A stretch of DNA of 64,000 nt from Trueperaceae bacterium (GTDB lineage Bacteria; Deinococcota; Deinococci; Deinococcales; Trueperaceae), in NCBI GenBank assembly GCA_965214405.1, contig OZ243956.1, forward strand, positions 480,001 through 544,000, given 5' to 3'. Positions within the stretch are counted from its first letter, which is position 1; each line of letters begins with the position of its first letter. Shown here piece by piece: positions 9,974 to 20,020 of this stretch. A program made the translations under genes and the position numbers. The notes below the pieces were generated by a model that had not been told where the DNA came from, did not search any database, and was given only the letters and a program-made list of their open reading frames with translations.

Positions 9974-9985
9974 GTTGTTGTTCGC

Positions 9986-10750
9986 GTGTCTAACGTAGAC
10001 CAAAGTACGCTAACTTACGACACCTACGGTTCAGGCTTTCCTCTGTTGCTGCTCCACGGCGCTTTAGTGAGCCGGGCAATGTGGGAGCCCCAGCTCGAGG
10101 CTTTCAGCCGAAGCTACCAGGTCATCGTTTGCGATTTGCCCGCACACGGAAGTTCCGCCGATGTAACAGGGGACTACAGCATCACCGAGGTGGGTCGGCA
10201 GGTTATGAACTTGCTCAACAAACTTCGGATAGACCGCCTGCACCTTTGCGGTCACTCTCTCGGCGGCATGGTCGCCCAACATCTTGCCGCCACCCACCCC
10301 AAGCATATCGGGAAACTCGTGTTGGCGGAAACAGCGTTCGGGACGCGGAATTCGTTTGCTGAGCGTTTACAAACAGCCGCGGCGCGCCCGTTCTTAAAGC
10401 TGACGCCGCAGCGCACCCTGGTTGCCTTGTCAGCGAAACGTTACGGCTCACTCAACCAGGAGGTCGCCTCTTTCATTGAACGGGAAATGAGCGCGTACGA
10501 CCACCGCACGAGCTTTCGCGTTATGAGCGCCGCCTTCGGTTACGCTGGCAAAGCAGCACTCGCCTACATAGAAGCGCCAACCCTCGTCTTGATGGCGGGT
10601 GAAAATAAGCAGACCCATATTCAAGGTGAACAGCTCGCTCGGTTAATTCCGGATGCTCGGCTTGTTATCGTTCCTCACGCGCATCATCTTCTCAACGTTG
10701 ATAACCCCGAATTTTTTAACCGCGCCGTTCTGAGTTTTTTACAAAGCTGA
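9986..10750 (+). CDS. Alpha/beta fold hydrolase
   Basis: LLLLHG, DLPAHG and GHSLGG motifs. Confidence 0.9.
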   Translation: MSNVDQSTLTYDTYGSGFPLLLLHGALVSRAMWEPQLEAFSRSYQVIVCDLPAHGSSADVTGDYSITEVGRQVMNLLNKLRIDRLHLCGHSLGGMVAQHLAATHPKHIGKLVLAETAFGTRNSFAERLQTAAARPFLKLTPQRTLVALSAKRYGSLNQEVASFIEREMSAYDHRTSFRVMSAAFGYAGKAALAYIEAPTLVLMAGENKQTHIQGEQLARLIPDARLVIVPHAHHLLNVDNPEFFNRAVLSFLQS

Positions 10751-10877
10751 GCGCCGCTGTAAAGTTTGCTACCGCTCAACCGTTGCTGCGGTACTTTACG
10801 GTTCATAGCGCAAAGCAGGACGAGGCGTGTAGCACCACCTCCCCCGCCTCTCACAAAACGCGTGCCATACTCTAGTC

Positions 10878-13823
10878 ATGACGCGCCCCGCCGAACACGC
10901 TCCTCACGCCCAAAATGAAGCTGACGCCACGCCCGACTTTAGGCACGACTCGAGCTTGTTGGAGCGTGTCGCCAACGAACTCAAGTGGAAAGTCGAGGGC
11001 GAGGTGCGCTTTGACGAGCGGGCTCGAGCCCTCTACGCCACCGACGCGTCTCCCTACGAAATCAAGCCCTACGGCGTGGTGCTGCCCAAGACGGTTGAGG
11101 ACATCGGACACGTGCTGGAAACGGCGAACCGCCACGGCCTGCCCGTCTTGCCCCGCGGCGGCGGCACGAGCTTGGCGGGCCAGACGGTGGGCGAGGCCAT
11201 CGTGCTGGACGTGTCAAAGTATCTCACCGAGATCTTGGAGTTCAACCCCGAAAAACGCCTTGTAAGGGTGCAGCCGGGGGTGGTGCGCGATACGCTCAAC
11301 GCGTTTTTGAAGCCGCACAAGTTGCAGTTCACCCCGGACGTCTCGACCACGAACCGCGCCAACGTGGGCGGGATGGTGGCGAACAATTCGGCGGGCACGA
11401 GGAGCATCAAGTACGGCAAGTCGGTGGACCAGGTTGTCAAGATGACGGTGATGCTGGCGGACGGCACCATCACCGAGTTGCGCGAACTGTCGGCGGAGGA
11501 GCTTGAGGGCAAGCTCGAGCTGGACACGCTCGAGGGCACCATCTACCGCACCGTCCACAGAATAATTACCGAGCACGAGGACGAAATTGAGGCGCGTTTT
11601 CCAAAAGTGATGCGGCGGGTGGGCGGCTACAACTTGGATGAACTCACGGGCGGCAAGCCCTTCAACTTAGCCAAGCTCGTCGCGGGCTCCGAGGGGACGC
11701 TGGCCGTCATCTTAGACGTGACGCTAAAGCTTGCCCCGGTGCCGAGTCATAAGTGTTTGGCGCTCCTGCACTTCGACACGCTCCACAAGGCGCTCAGCGC
11801 GGTGCAGCATGTAAACCGGCACGGCCCCTCCGCGGTCGAAATCATGGACGATGTGCTTTTCGGGTTGGGCAAGAAGAACCCTAACTTAGAGCCTCTGCTG
11901 TGGTGGTTGGAGGGCGACCCCGCCGCCGTCCTGATGGTCGAGTTTGACGGTGAGAGCGAAGAGGAGATGCGCGCGGGGCTTGACGGGATGCAGGCCGACC
12001 CCGAAGTCTCGGCGCTGAGCTACCACACCCACCTCGCGCTGGATATGAAAGAGCAGGCGGAGGTGTTCGAGTTTCGTAAAGGCGGTTTGGGCATCTACGC
12101 GACCATCCGGGGCGACGATAAACCCACACCCTTCATCGAGGACCCGGCCATACCGCCCGAGAGCCTGCCCGACTACATCCCCGAGGTTTTGGAAGTCTGC
12201 AAAAAACATGGCGTCGAGGCGGTCATCTACGGCCACGCGTCGGTGGGCGTGCTCCACTGCCGCCCGCTGCTCGACCTCAAGACGGAAGCGGGCATCGAAA
12301 AGTTTCAAAAAATTAGCGAAGATACCTTTCAGCTCGTCAAAAAGTACGGCGGCTCCTGGAGCGGCGAGCACGGCGACGGCCTCATCCGCTCGTACCAGAA
12401 CCCGCACCTTTTCGGCCCGGTGCTGTATGAAGACTTCCGCGCGCTCAAACGCGCCTTTGACCCCAAAGGGCTCATGAACCCCGGCAAGATTGTGGACGCG
12501 CCGCCCATGACCGAAAATTTGCGCTACGGGACGGACTACCAAGTTCAACCCCTCGAGACTCACTTCGACTTTTCCAAAGACGGCGGCTTTTTGGGCGCGG
12601 TCGAGATGTGTACGGGCGTGGGCGCGTGCCGCAAGACGGACACCGGGACGATGTGCCCCTCCTACATGGCGACCCGCGACGAGGACCACTCGACCAGGGG
12701 CCGCGCCAACGCGCTCCGCGAGGCGATGAACGGGCGTTTGGCGGGCGGGCTCACCTCCAAGGAAGTGCATGACGTGCTCGACTTGTGCCTGGAGTGCAAG
12801 GCGTGCAAAGCCGAATGCCCCAGTCAGGTGGACATGGCGAAACTCAAGTACGAGTTTTTGCAGCACTATTATGATGAACACGGCACGCCTTTGTCGGCAA
12901 GGGCTCTCGGCCACGCCGCCACGGTGGCCCCCGTAGGCCGCGCGCTCGCGCCCTTCGCCAACCGCCTGCTGCCCCTCAAGCCCGTGCGCTGGCTTGTAGA
13001 AAAAACCGTCGGCGTGGACCGGCGGCGGGTCATGCCTGCCTACGCTTGGAGGTCGTTCGCAGGGTGGACGAAGCAGCATAAGGGCGCGGCAGGGGAAGAC
13101 AGACCTACCGTGGCCCTTTTTGCCGACACCTGGACGATGTACAACGAGCCTCAGGTGGGCGTCGCGGCGGTGAGGGTTTTAGAAGCCCTCGGCTACCGCG
13201 TCGAGCATGTTCCTTACCGCTGCTGTGGCCGTCCGCAAATCTCTAAGGGACTTCTGAGGGAGGCGAAAGGGCTAGCACAGGAGAATGTTCAAGCACTCTC
13301 CGGCTACGCAGAACGTGGAGTTCCGGTGGTCGGTCTCGAGCCCTCCTGCGTCACTGCCTTTGTAGACGACTACCGCGACTTGGTACCCGGTGGGGCGACC
13401 GAACGCGTGGCCCAGAACGTCAAGATGATTGACCAGTTTTTAGCCAAGGAGTGGACTTCTGGAAAGCTCGAGCCCGCCAAAGCCTTCCACCAAAACGGCA
13501 CTCCCATGATGTTCCACGGGCACTGTCAGCAGCGGGCGGTGATTGGCTCGAGCCCCTCCAAAGCGGTGCTCGGCTGGGTTTCAAAAGAGGTTTCCGAAGT
13601 CGATTCAGGCTGCTGCGGCATGGCGGGCTCGTTCGGCTACAGCCATCACGATGTGTCGATGGCGGTGGGCGAGCGCCGCTTGTTTCCGGCGGCCAGGGCA
13701 CATGAGGGCGAGGTCGTCGCCTGCGGCTTTTCGTGCCGTCATCAGATTAAAGACGGCACCGGCAAGAGAGCCAAGCACGTCGTGGAGGTGCTGGCGGAGG
13801 CGCTGCCGCAAACCTCCAGTTGA
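10878..13823 (+). CDS. FAD-binding and 4Fe-4S-binding oxidoreductase (YdiJ/GlcD-GlcF fusion-like)
   Basis: PRGGGTSLAGQ, SGEHGDG, CTGVGAC, CLECKACKAECP and CCG motifs. Confidence 0.92.
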   Translation: MTRPAEHAPHAQNEADATPDFRHDSSLLERVANELKWKVEGEVRFDERARALYATDASPYEIKPYGVVLPKTVEDIGHVLETANRHGLPVLPRGGGTSLAGQTVGEAIVLDVSKYLTEILEFNPEKRLVRVQPGVVRDTLNAFLKPHKLQFTPDVSTTNRANVGGMVANNSAGTRSIKYGKSVDQVVKMTVMLADGTITELRELSAEELEGKLELDTLEGTIYRTVHRIITEHEDEIEARFPKVMRRVGGYNLDELTGGKPFNLAKLVAGSEGTLAVILDVTLKLAPVPSHKCLALLHFDTLHKALSAVQHVNRHGPSAVEIMDDVLFGLGKKNPNLEPLLWWLEGDPAAVLMVEFDGESEEEMRAGLDGMQADPEVSALSYHTHLALDMKEQAEVFEFRKGGLGIYATIRGDDKPTPFIEDPAIPPESLPDYIPEVLEVCKKHGVEAVIYGHASVGVLHCRPLLDLKTEAGIEKFQKISEDTFQLVKKYGGSWSGEHGDGLIRSYQNPHLFGPVLYEDFRALKRAFDPKGLMNPGKIVDAPPMTENLRYGTDYQVQPLETHFDFSKDGGFLGAVEMCTGVGACRKTDTGTMCPSYMATRDEDHSTRGRANALREAMNGRLAGGLTSKEVHDVLDLCLECKACKAECPSQVDMAKLKYEFLQHYYDEHGTPLSARALGHAATVAPVGRALAPFANRLLPLKPVRWLVEKTVGVDRRRVMPAYAWRSFAGWTKQHKGAAGEDRPTVALFADTWTMYNEPQVGVAAVRVLEALGYRVEHVPYRCCGRPQISKGLLREAKGLAQENVQALSGYAERGVPVVGLEPSCVTAFVDDYRDLVPGGATERVAQNVKMIDQFLAKEWTSGKLEPAKAFHQNGTPMMFHGHCQQRAVIGSSPSKAVLGWVSKEVSEVDSGCCGMAGSFGYSHHDVSMAVGERRLFPAARAHEGEVVACGFSCRHQIKDGTGKRAKHVVEVLAEALPQTSS

Positions 13824-13950
13824 ATGTCGCGGCTTCTTGTGGAGGTCGTCTGTAGCACGTCCTAAAGAGCGCAGACGGGTTTCCCCTTATAAAAGAGTGG
13901 AAACGCATGTTTCTTACACAAACTGATACGCAACCTGAAAGGGGCAAAAA

Positions 13951-14442
13951 ATGGACAGAACCATGCAAGGCACGAACACCCGGCGCTCGAGACAAACCGT
14001 CGCGTCGTACGACACCTACGCCGAAGCGCAGCGGGCGGTGGATTATCTCTCGGACGAAAAGTTTTCGGTCGAGCACGTCGCCATCGTCGCGGAAGGGTTG
14101 CGCTTCGTCGAGCAGGTGACGGGCAGGCTCAATTGGGGCCGCGCGCTCCTTAACGGCGCGTTGGGCGGCGCGGTCATCGGCGCGCTTATCGGTCTCTTTT
14201 TTGGGCTTTTTTCCGTGATCAACACCCTCTCAACCGCTCTCAGTCTCGCTTTTTACGGCCTCCTATTCGGCGCGGTCGTCGGCGCGATCATCGGCGTCGT
14301 CTCTTACGCCCTTACGGGCGGGCGGCGCGACTTTACCTCGGTGGGCGGGATGCAGGCCGAACGCTACAACGTAATGGTCGATAACGACGTGGCCGACGAG
14401 GCGGAGCGGCTGCTCGAGGGGCTGCCTGTCGCCAGGGCTTGA
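13951..14442 (+). CDS. General stress protein (YflT/17M-like) membrane protein
   Basis: VASYDTYAEAQRAVDYLSD and GGRRDFTSV motifs; glycine-rich TM pair. Confidence 0.85.
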   Translation: MDRTMQGTNTRRSRQTVASYDTYAEAQRAVDYLSDEKFSVEHVAIVAEGLRFVEQVTGRLNWGRALLNGALGGAVIGALIGLFFGLFSVINTLSTALSLAFYGLLFGAVVGAIIGVVSYALTGGRRDFTSVGGMQAERYNVMVDNDVADEAERLLEGLPVARA

Positions 14443-14489
14443 CGCTGAGCGGGCTGTATTCGCTTCTCTGTTAGCTTTGGGGAGGTAAG

Positions 14490-14525
14490 GAGGTAAGATA
14501 ATTCTCTTTACCTCTCACTTTTTTG
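14490..14525 (+). terminator. Probable intrinsic terminator
   Basis: GAGGTAAGA...TCTTTACCTC imperfect stem followed by a T-run, between convergent genes. Confidence 0.45.
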
Positions 14526-14526
14526 C

Positions 14527-15084
14527 CTAAAACGTAGAGAAAAATTCATTCAACGAAAGCGTCCAACCAGGCACAACCTCGCCACCTTCTAGGGTATCTC
14601 CTTGTGTTAGCGTTTGAATATCGTTGAGACCGTGGTGGACTTTGACGGTTTTTGTTTTAGGGTCGGCCACGATGACCAGGCGCGCGCCGTTCCTCAACCA
14701 GCTCTTTACCTTCTCCTCTACCTCGCTGTAAAGGTCACCTGGTGAAACTACTTCGGCGGCTAAGTCGGGAGGGCCGGGGAAAAAACCTTCGTTTCTGGTG
14801 ACGAGGGTCAAGCGTTCGGACGTAACAAAAGCGACATCGGGCGCGCGGACGGTGTCGGGGTCCGTGGCGAGAACGAAGCCTGTTTCGGCGGCGTACACCT
14901 TGCCAAGTTGGTTGGCCTTTACGTGCCCTCCCAAAGAAAGAGCTACATCGTGGGCTATGGAACCGTGAGTATGTCCGGCGGGTGGCGTCGTACGCAGTTC
15001 TCCCTCCACGAGTTCGTGGCGCATGTGGTCTTTAGAAAGCCTCTCTAACTCCTCCGCCGTCATGAGGCGCGGTCTGGTTGTCAC
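14527..15084 (-). CDS. Uma2 family endonuclease
   Basis: ELVEGEL, TVRAPDVAFV, PDLAAEVVSP and VVPGWTL motifs. Confidence 0.92.
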   Translation of the reverse strand: MTTRPRLMTAEELERLSKDHMRHELVEGELRTTPPAGHTHGSIAHDVALSLGGHVKANQLGKVYAAETGFVLATDPDTVRAPDVAFVTSERLTLVTRNEGFFPGPPDLAAEVVSPGDLYSEVEEKVKSWLRNGARLVIVADPKTKTVKVHHGLNDIQTLTQGDTLEGGEVVPGWTLSLNEFFSTF

Positions 15085-15165
15085 CTTGTCCTCCTTGGGC
15101 TATTTTAGCAGCCGGAGTCATTTTCCCGCTTCCGTTTAGAAAATAGTGCACTCGAGCCCACACCT

Positions 15166-15723
15166 CTAAAAACGCCCCACCGCCTCCAGCACCTCCCGGT
15201 AGAGTCTCGCTAAATCGTCAAGCTGATAGTGAGCGTTGAGCCCGCTCGGGTTCGGCAACACCCAAAGGGTCGTGTCGCCGATTTTCCGAGGCTGTCTCCC
15301 CGTCACCGCCTTACGCTCCTCGAACGCGGTTCGGTAAGCGCCGATGCCGAGCACTGCCAAAATTTGCGGGCGGTACTCTTTTACTTTGCGCTCGAGCTCT
15401 CCCCGTCCCGCCCTCAACTCCTCCGCCGACAGCTCGTCCGCCCGCGCCGTGGCGCGCGCCACCACGTTGGTGAGGCCGTAGCCAGCCTTCAGAAAAACCT
15501 CCCACTCCTCGGGCTTTAGGCGCCGCTCGGTAAAGCCCGCCCGGTGGAGCGTGGGCCAAAAGCGGTTGCCGGGCCGCGCAAAATGGTAGCCCACGACCGC
15601 CGAATAAAGGCTCGGGTTGATGCCGCAAAAGAGCACCCTGAGACCGGGGGCGATGGCGTCGGGGACGGTTCCGTCCTCCGCAGCCAAAAGCTCTTCTTGC
15701 GTGGGCTTATGCGCGCGCCCCAC
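15166..15723 (-). CDS. mug: G/U mismatch-specific DNA glycosylase
   Basis: FCGINP, HFARPGNRFW and LPNPSGLNA motifs. Confidence 0.93.
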   Translation of the reverse strand: MGRAHKPTQEELLAAEDGTVPDAIAPGLRVLFCGINPSLYSAVVGYHFARPGNRFWPTLHRAGFTERRLKPEEWEVFLKAGYGLTNVVARATARADELSAEELRAGRGELERKVKEYRPQILAVLGIGAYRTAFEERKAVTGRQPRKIGDTTLWVLPNPSGLNAHYQLDDLARLYREVLEAVGRF

Positions 15724-15727
15724 CCGC

Positions 15728-16588
15728 TTACTCCCCCTGGCTGAGCTTGCGCAGCGCGATTTGTTTGCATATCCCTTCGACGGAGAGGATAATCGAGCGC
15801 ATCAGCTCCGAGTCTTCGCGGTAGTCCACGGGCGCTAGGTTCTCCACCCGCCTGCCCGCGTGCATCCTTTCGTAACCCTCCCAGGCGTCCGTGTCGCCTT
15901 TGACGAGCCCCAGCGCGATCCCGCCGTGCTCATTAAGAAGCGAAAAGGCGGGCATGTCGCTCGAGCCGTCCCCCAGATAGATCACCTGCGACAGCGGGAT
16001 GTAAAGCTCTTCTTGCGGCACGTCGCGGTAGACGTCGCTGGGATGAACGCCCTCTTCTTGAGCGCCCAGGCCCTTGGAGAGTTGGAGCAGGTAGCGCGTT
16101 TTTTCGGGGTGGGTGACGAGCTGTTTGACAAAGCTGAAGTTGCCGTCGTCACCATAATGAAATTCGCAGCCCCACATTTGTTTGAATTCGCCTGCGATTG
16201 CCGTGCCCCGTGCGATTTCTAAGATGCCCGCCGACAGGAGGTAAAACTCGACCGTAACGTCCGGCACCACGGCGCGCGCCGCCCTTCTCACCCGGCCAAA
16301 CATCTCGGGCACGCCCTCGAACAGGCTGATGTCGCGGCCGACGCCCTCCAAAAATTCTTCGGTGATGGTTGGGGCGTTATCTTTGGAGAGCTCGAGCAGC
16401 CGGTAAAAGCGCGCCAGGCTCTCGTCCCAGCCCTCCTTGAGGAGCGGCTTCACCCGCTCCCGTTTGAACGTTTCTTCGTCATGCCCAAGGCGCTCTAAAA
16501 GTGTTCCGAAAGAGTCGGGGGCGAGCGTGTCGTCGAAGTCGAACACCAGGGCGACGCGGTTGTGGAAAGACTGGGTGGCGTGGGTCAT
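15728..16588 (-). CDS. HAD-like hydrolase
   Basis: VFDFDDTL (motif I) and YLGDGSSD (motif IV). Confidence 0.85.
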   Translation of the reverse strand: MTHATQSFHNRVALVFDFDDTLAPDSFGTLLERLGHDEETFKRERVKPLLKEGWDESLARFYRLLELSKDNAPTITEEFLEGVGRDISLFEGVPEMFGRVRRAARAVVPDVTVEFYLLSAGILEIARGTAIAGEFKQMWGCEFHYGDDGNFSFVKQLVTHPEKTRYLLQLSKGLGAQEEGVHPSDVYRDVPQEELYIPLSQVIYLGDGSSDMPAFSLLNEHGGIALGLVKGDTDAWEGYERMHAGRRVENLAPVDYREDSELMRSIILSVEGICKQIALRKLSQGE

Positions 16589-16700
16589 GGGTGAATTAAA
16601 CCATTTTCGGCTCCCGCATCCCGAAAAAGGGCGAAAACGGTGTGAAAAAGTCGTAGGTTTGGGAAGTTTGTAAGAGCGTTGTAAGAAAGAAGCGCGTATC

Positions 16701-18758
16701 TTGAACTACGTGACCTCGCCCAGAGAACGCCACGCCCTCAAACATCCCCGCACGCCGCGCTGGTCGGTGAGGGCGCGCTACGTTTCCGCGCTCGCGCTCG
16801 TTGCGCTCCTCAGCGCGAGCGCCTTTTTGCTCCTTACCAACGTCATCAGCGCGCAGGAGAGTTCCGGCGCGGTGATCAACGTGAGCGGACGCCAGCGGAT
16901 GCTCTCGCAGCGCACGACGCTCTTTGCGCAGCGGCTCGTGAATAGCGCAGACGAGCGCGAGGCGGTGCGAGAGACGTTGGCGCGTGACGTTGACCTGATG
17001 GAGCGTTCGCATCTCGGCTTGACCCAGGGAGACGCAGATTTGGGATTGCCGGGGCGGCTGTCAAGGGAGGCGGCGGCGCTGTATTTTGGCGCACCCGTCA
17101 ATCTTGACGCTCAGGTCGAAAGCCACATCGCCCGCGTGCGCGCGCTTCTGAGCGCGCCCGACGCCGAGCTGACGCCCGGTAATTCAAACTTTGTGGAGAT
17201 TCTGGAGACCGCGCCGGGGGAACTGTTGGCGTCGCTCAACGCGGCGGTGAGCCTTTTCGAGGCGGAGGCGGGGGCGCGCATCACCCGGCTCCAGCGGCTC
17301 GAGAAGCTCGTTTTCGCCGCCACGCTTCTGGCGCTCCTCTTGGAGGGCTTGCTCATTTTCCGCCCGATGGAGCGCGAGATAAAGCGGCGCAGCGAGCTTC
17401 TTTTGCACACCGCGCTCCACGACGCGCTCACCGGGCTGCCCAACCGCGCCTTGTACATGGACCGTCTGGGTCACGCCGTCGAGCGGGCGAACCGGCACGC
17501 GGAGCAGGTGTTCGCGGTGCTCTTTTTGGACTTTGACCGCTTCAAAGTTATCAACGATTCGTTAGGCCACAACGTCGGCGACGCGCTGCTGCGCGCGTTC
17601 GGCGAACGGCTCAAGGCGTGCGTGCGCGCGTCCGACACGGTGGCGCGGCTCGGCGGTGACGAGTTCACGATTCTTTTGGAGGCCGTCGACTCGAGCGCCG
17701 AGGCCGAGCGCGTCGCTGGGCGCGTCAACGAGGCGCTGCTACGTCCCTTTGAGATCGGCAAGCACACGCTTCACTTATCCGTCAGCATCGGCATCGTCTT
17801 TTATGAGGGCAAGGGTTACGCGCGCCCCGAGGAGGTCTTGCGCGACGCCGACATCGCCATGTACCGCGCCAAAGCGATGGGCAAGGCCAACTTCCAGGTT
17901 TTTACGGAGGAAATGCGAGAGCGCGCGCTCTCGCTTATGTCGTTAGAAACCGACCTGCGCGGGGCGGTCACGCGCGGGGAGTTGGAGGTGCATTATCAGC
18001 CTATCATCTCGGTCTCGACGGGCGCGCCCACCGGCTTAGAGGCGCTCGTGCGCTGGCGTCACCCGGTCCACGGGCGCGTGTCGCCCGCCGAATTTATCCC
18101 GCTGGCCGAAGAAACGGGTTTAATTATCGACATTGACCGCTGGGTTTTGCGCGAGGCGTGCCGCAGGCTCATGACCTGGGAGCAGGAGGGGTTTCCCCCG
18201 CTAAGCTTGAGCGTCAACCTCTCGAGCCGCCAGTTCTCACAAGAAGACCTGCCCGCGGTGGTGGACGAGATTTTGCGCGAAACGGGTTTTCCCGCCCAGC
18301 GTTTAGAACTGGAGATGACCGAGAGCCTCCTGGCGAGTTCTTCCGGGCAGGTCACGACCACCACAGAAGCGCTTCTGGCGCTCGGCGTGGGGCTCCACAT
18401 CGACGACTTCGGCACGGGCTACTCTTCATTGGGCTACTTGCAGCGTTTCTCGGCCAGCGCGCTCAAAATCGACCGTTCTTTTATCGACAAGATGACCCAG
18501 AGTCAAGAGGGCGGCAAGTTGGTTGCGACCATTATTGCGATGGCGCACACCTTCGGCATGGCCGTGGTCGCTGAGGGGGTCGAAACGCCCGAGCAGTTGG
18601 AGCTTCTTCGCTCGCTACGCTGCGAATACTCGCAAGGCTACCTGCATTCAAAACCTCTCGACGCGGCGAGCGCCGCCGCATATCTGAAAAATTACGTGCC
18701 GCGGGGGCCGACCCCCGCGCGCAGCCTCCCCCATCGTGCCCAACCCCCCAGTGTCTAA
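16701..18758 (+). CDS. Diguanylate cyclase/phosphodiesterase with PilJ/NarX-like periplasmic sensor domain
   Basis: TM, INVSGRQRMLSQR, TM, intact GGDEF, EAL (GLEALVRW), DDFGTGYSS. Start codon uncertain. Confidence 0.92.
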   Translation: MNYVTSPRERHALKHPRTPRWSVRARYVSALALVALLSASAFLLLTNVISAQESSGAVINVSGRQRMLSQRTTLFAQRLVNSADEREAVRETLARDVDLMERSHLGLTQGDADLGLPGRLSREAAALYFGAPVNLDAQVESHIARVRALLSAPDAELTPGNSNFVEILETAPGELLASLNAAVSLFEAEAGARITRLQRLEKLVFAATLLALLLEGLLIFRPMEREIKRRSELLLHTALHDALTGLPNRALYMDRLGHAVERANRHAEQVFAVLFLDFDRFKVINDSLGHNVGDALLRAFGERLKACVRASDTVARLGGDEFTILLEAVDSSAEAERVAGRVNEALLRPFEIGKHTLHLSVSIGIVFYEGKGYARPEEVLRDADIAMYRAKAMGKANFQVFTEEMRERALSLMSLETDLRGAVTRGELEVHYQPIISVSTGAPTGLEALVRWRHPVHGRVSPAEFIPLAEETGLIIDIDRWVLREACRRLMTWEQEGFPPLSLSVNLSSRQFSQEDLPAVVDEILRETGFPAQRLELEMTESLLASSSGQVTTTTEALLALGVGLHIDDFGTGYSSLGYLQRFSASALKIDRSFIDKMTQSQEGGKLVATIIAMAHTFGMAVVAEGVETPEQLELLRSLRCEYSQGYLHSKPLDAASAAAYLKNYVPRGPTPARSLPHRAQPPSV

Positions 18759-18804
18759 GGCCCCCTCTGGCTAGCATGGTTAAGAGATAGTGAGGGAGGG
18801 GAAA

Positions 18805-19464
18805 ATGGCACACAGCGACGATTATGACGAGAAGTACACCAAACCCGACCTGCGCCGCAAAATCAAAGATGAGATCATGGATTCGGACAAGGGCGGCGAC
18901 CCCGGTCAATGGTCCGCGCGCAAGAGTCAGCTTTTGGTCCAGGAGTATGAAAAGCAGGGCGGCGGCTACAAGGGTGACAAAGACGAGGACGCAAAGTCGT
19001 TAGAAGAGTGGACAAAACAAAACTGGCAAACCGTCGAGGGCGGCGCAGACGCAAGGGACGAAGACGGCACCAAGCGCTATCTACCCGAGGCGGTGTGGGA
19101 TGAGCTGAGCGACGAAGAAAAGCGCGAGGCCGAGCGAACTAAGGAAGAAGCCTCCAAAGAGGGCGAGCAGTATGTGGAATGGCCCGACGCCGTGAAAAAG
19201 GCGTACCACAAGGTGACAGGTGGAGACGCGGGCGGGCGGACGAAAGAAGAGCTTTACGAAAAGGCGCAAGAGCTTGATGTTTCGGGCCGTAGCAAGATGA
19301 GTAAAGACGAACTTCAAAAAGCTGTGGATGAGGCGCAGGCGGAGAAACCCGAAAACAAAACCAAAGAAGAGCTTTATGAGCAGGCGCAAGAACTGAACGT
19401 CGAGGGTCGCAGCAAGATGGACAAGGACGAACTTGCCGAGGCTGTCCGTGACGCTCAAAACTGA
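18805..19464 (+). CDS. DUF5872-like charged protein with two C-terminal Rho-N-like repeats
   Basis: GGDPGQWSARKSQL...YEKQGGGY motif; TKEELYExAQELxVxGRSKMxKDEL occurs twice; GGAGG before the ATG at 18805. Confidence 0.75.
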   Translation: MAHSDDYDEKYTKPDLRRKIKDEIMDSDKGGDPGQWSARKSQLLVQEYEKQGGGYKGDKDEDAKSLEEWTKQNWQTVEGGADARDEDGTKRYLPEAVWDELSDEEKREAERTKEEASKEGEQYVEWPDAVKKAYHKVTGGDAGGRTKEELYEKAQELDVSGRSKMSKDELQKAVDEAQAEKPENKTKEELYEQAQELNVEGRSKMDKDELAEAVRDAQN

Positions 19465-19519
19465 CGCCCCACCGTAACTCTCATACCCGCGAAATTTTGT
19501 AAAACCGAGAGATCAGAGT

Positions 19520-19945
19520 TTACACCTTTAGCTGCGCCTCCACCCACGCCCGCGTCTCCGGGCGAAGCGGGTAACGGTGCCCGTGTTCTAAGTACCAGGC
19601 TCGAGTCTCCCCACCCTTCGCACGCCCCACCGCCCGCCAATCCGCCAGCATCTCACGGCGGAAGGCGTCGGTCATGGGTCGAGGTTCCTGTTGTCCGTTT
19701 TTGCTCACGAGCCACCACTGCGGATGGTGACGGTTGCGGCGGTGGTGCTTTTTTAGTGAGGCGTGAGACGCCTCACCTGTAGACAGATAACGCACCGACG
19801 CAAGCCACTCGTCGGGTAAAAATTTGGACCAGTCGTGAAGGATGAGCTGCGGGAGCGGAACGTTAAGCTTACGACCTTCTAAAATCACCAGCCACTTGTG
19901 CCGCAACAGCTCCTTAAAATAGGCGAGATGTTGGTTCAGCGTCAT
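19520..19945 (-). CDS. DUF5662-like HD-fold protein
   Basis: HKWLV, HDWSKF, HHRRNRHHP and EMLADW motifs. Confidence 0.7.
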   Translation of the reverse strand: MTLNQHLAYFKELLRHKWLVILEGRKLNVPLPQLILHDWSKFLPDEWLASVRYLSTGEASHASLKKHHRRNRHHPQWWLVSKNGQQEPRPMTDAFRREMLADWRAVGRAKGGETRAWYLEHGHRYPLRPETRAWVEAQLKV

Positions 19946-20020
19946 AATTTGGTCATGAAACTTGGAATCTGCTTCGCCGTCAAAAGCGAGGTGGCTTGGT
20001 TTGAAACAAGATAATACCTC

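Noticed and set aside
11886..13079. Long antisense ORFs (for example 11886-13079, 36452-37576, 56047-56865)
   Set aside because: Shadow frames of well-supported GC-rich genes, with no recognisable motifs.
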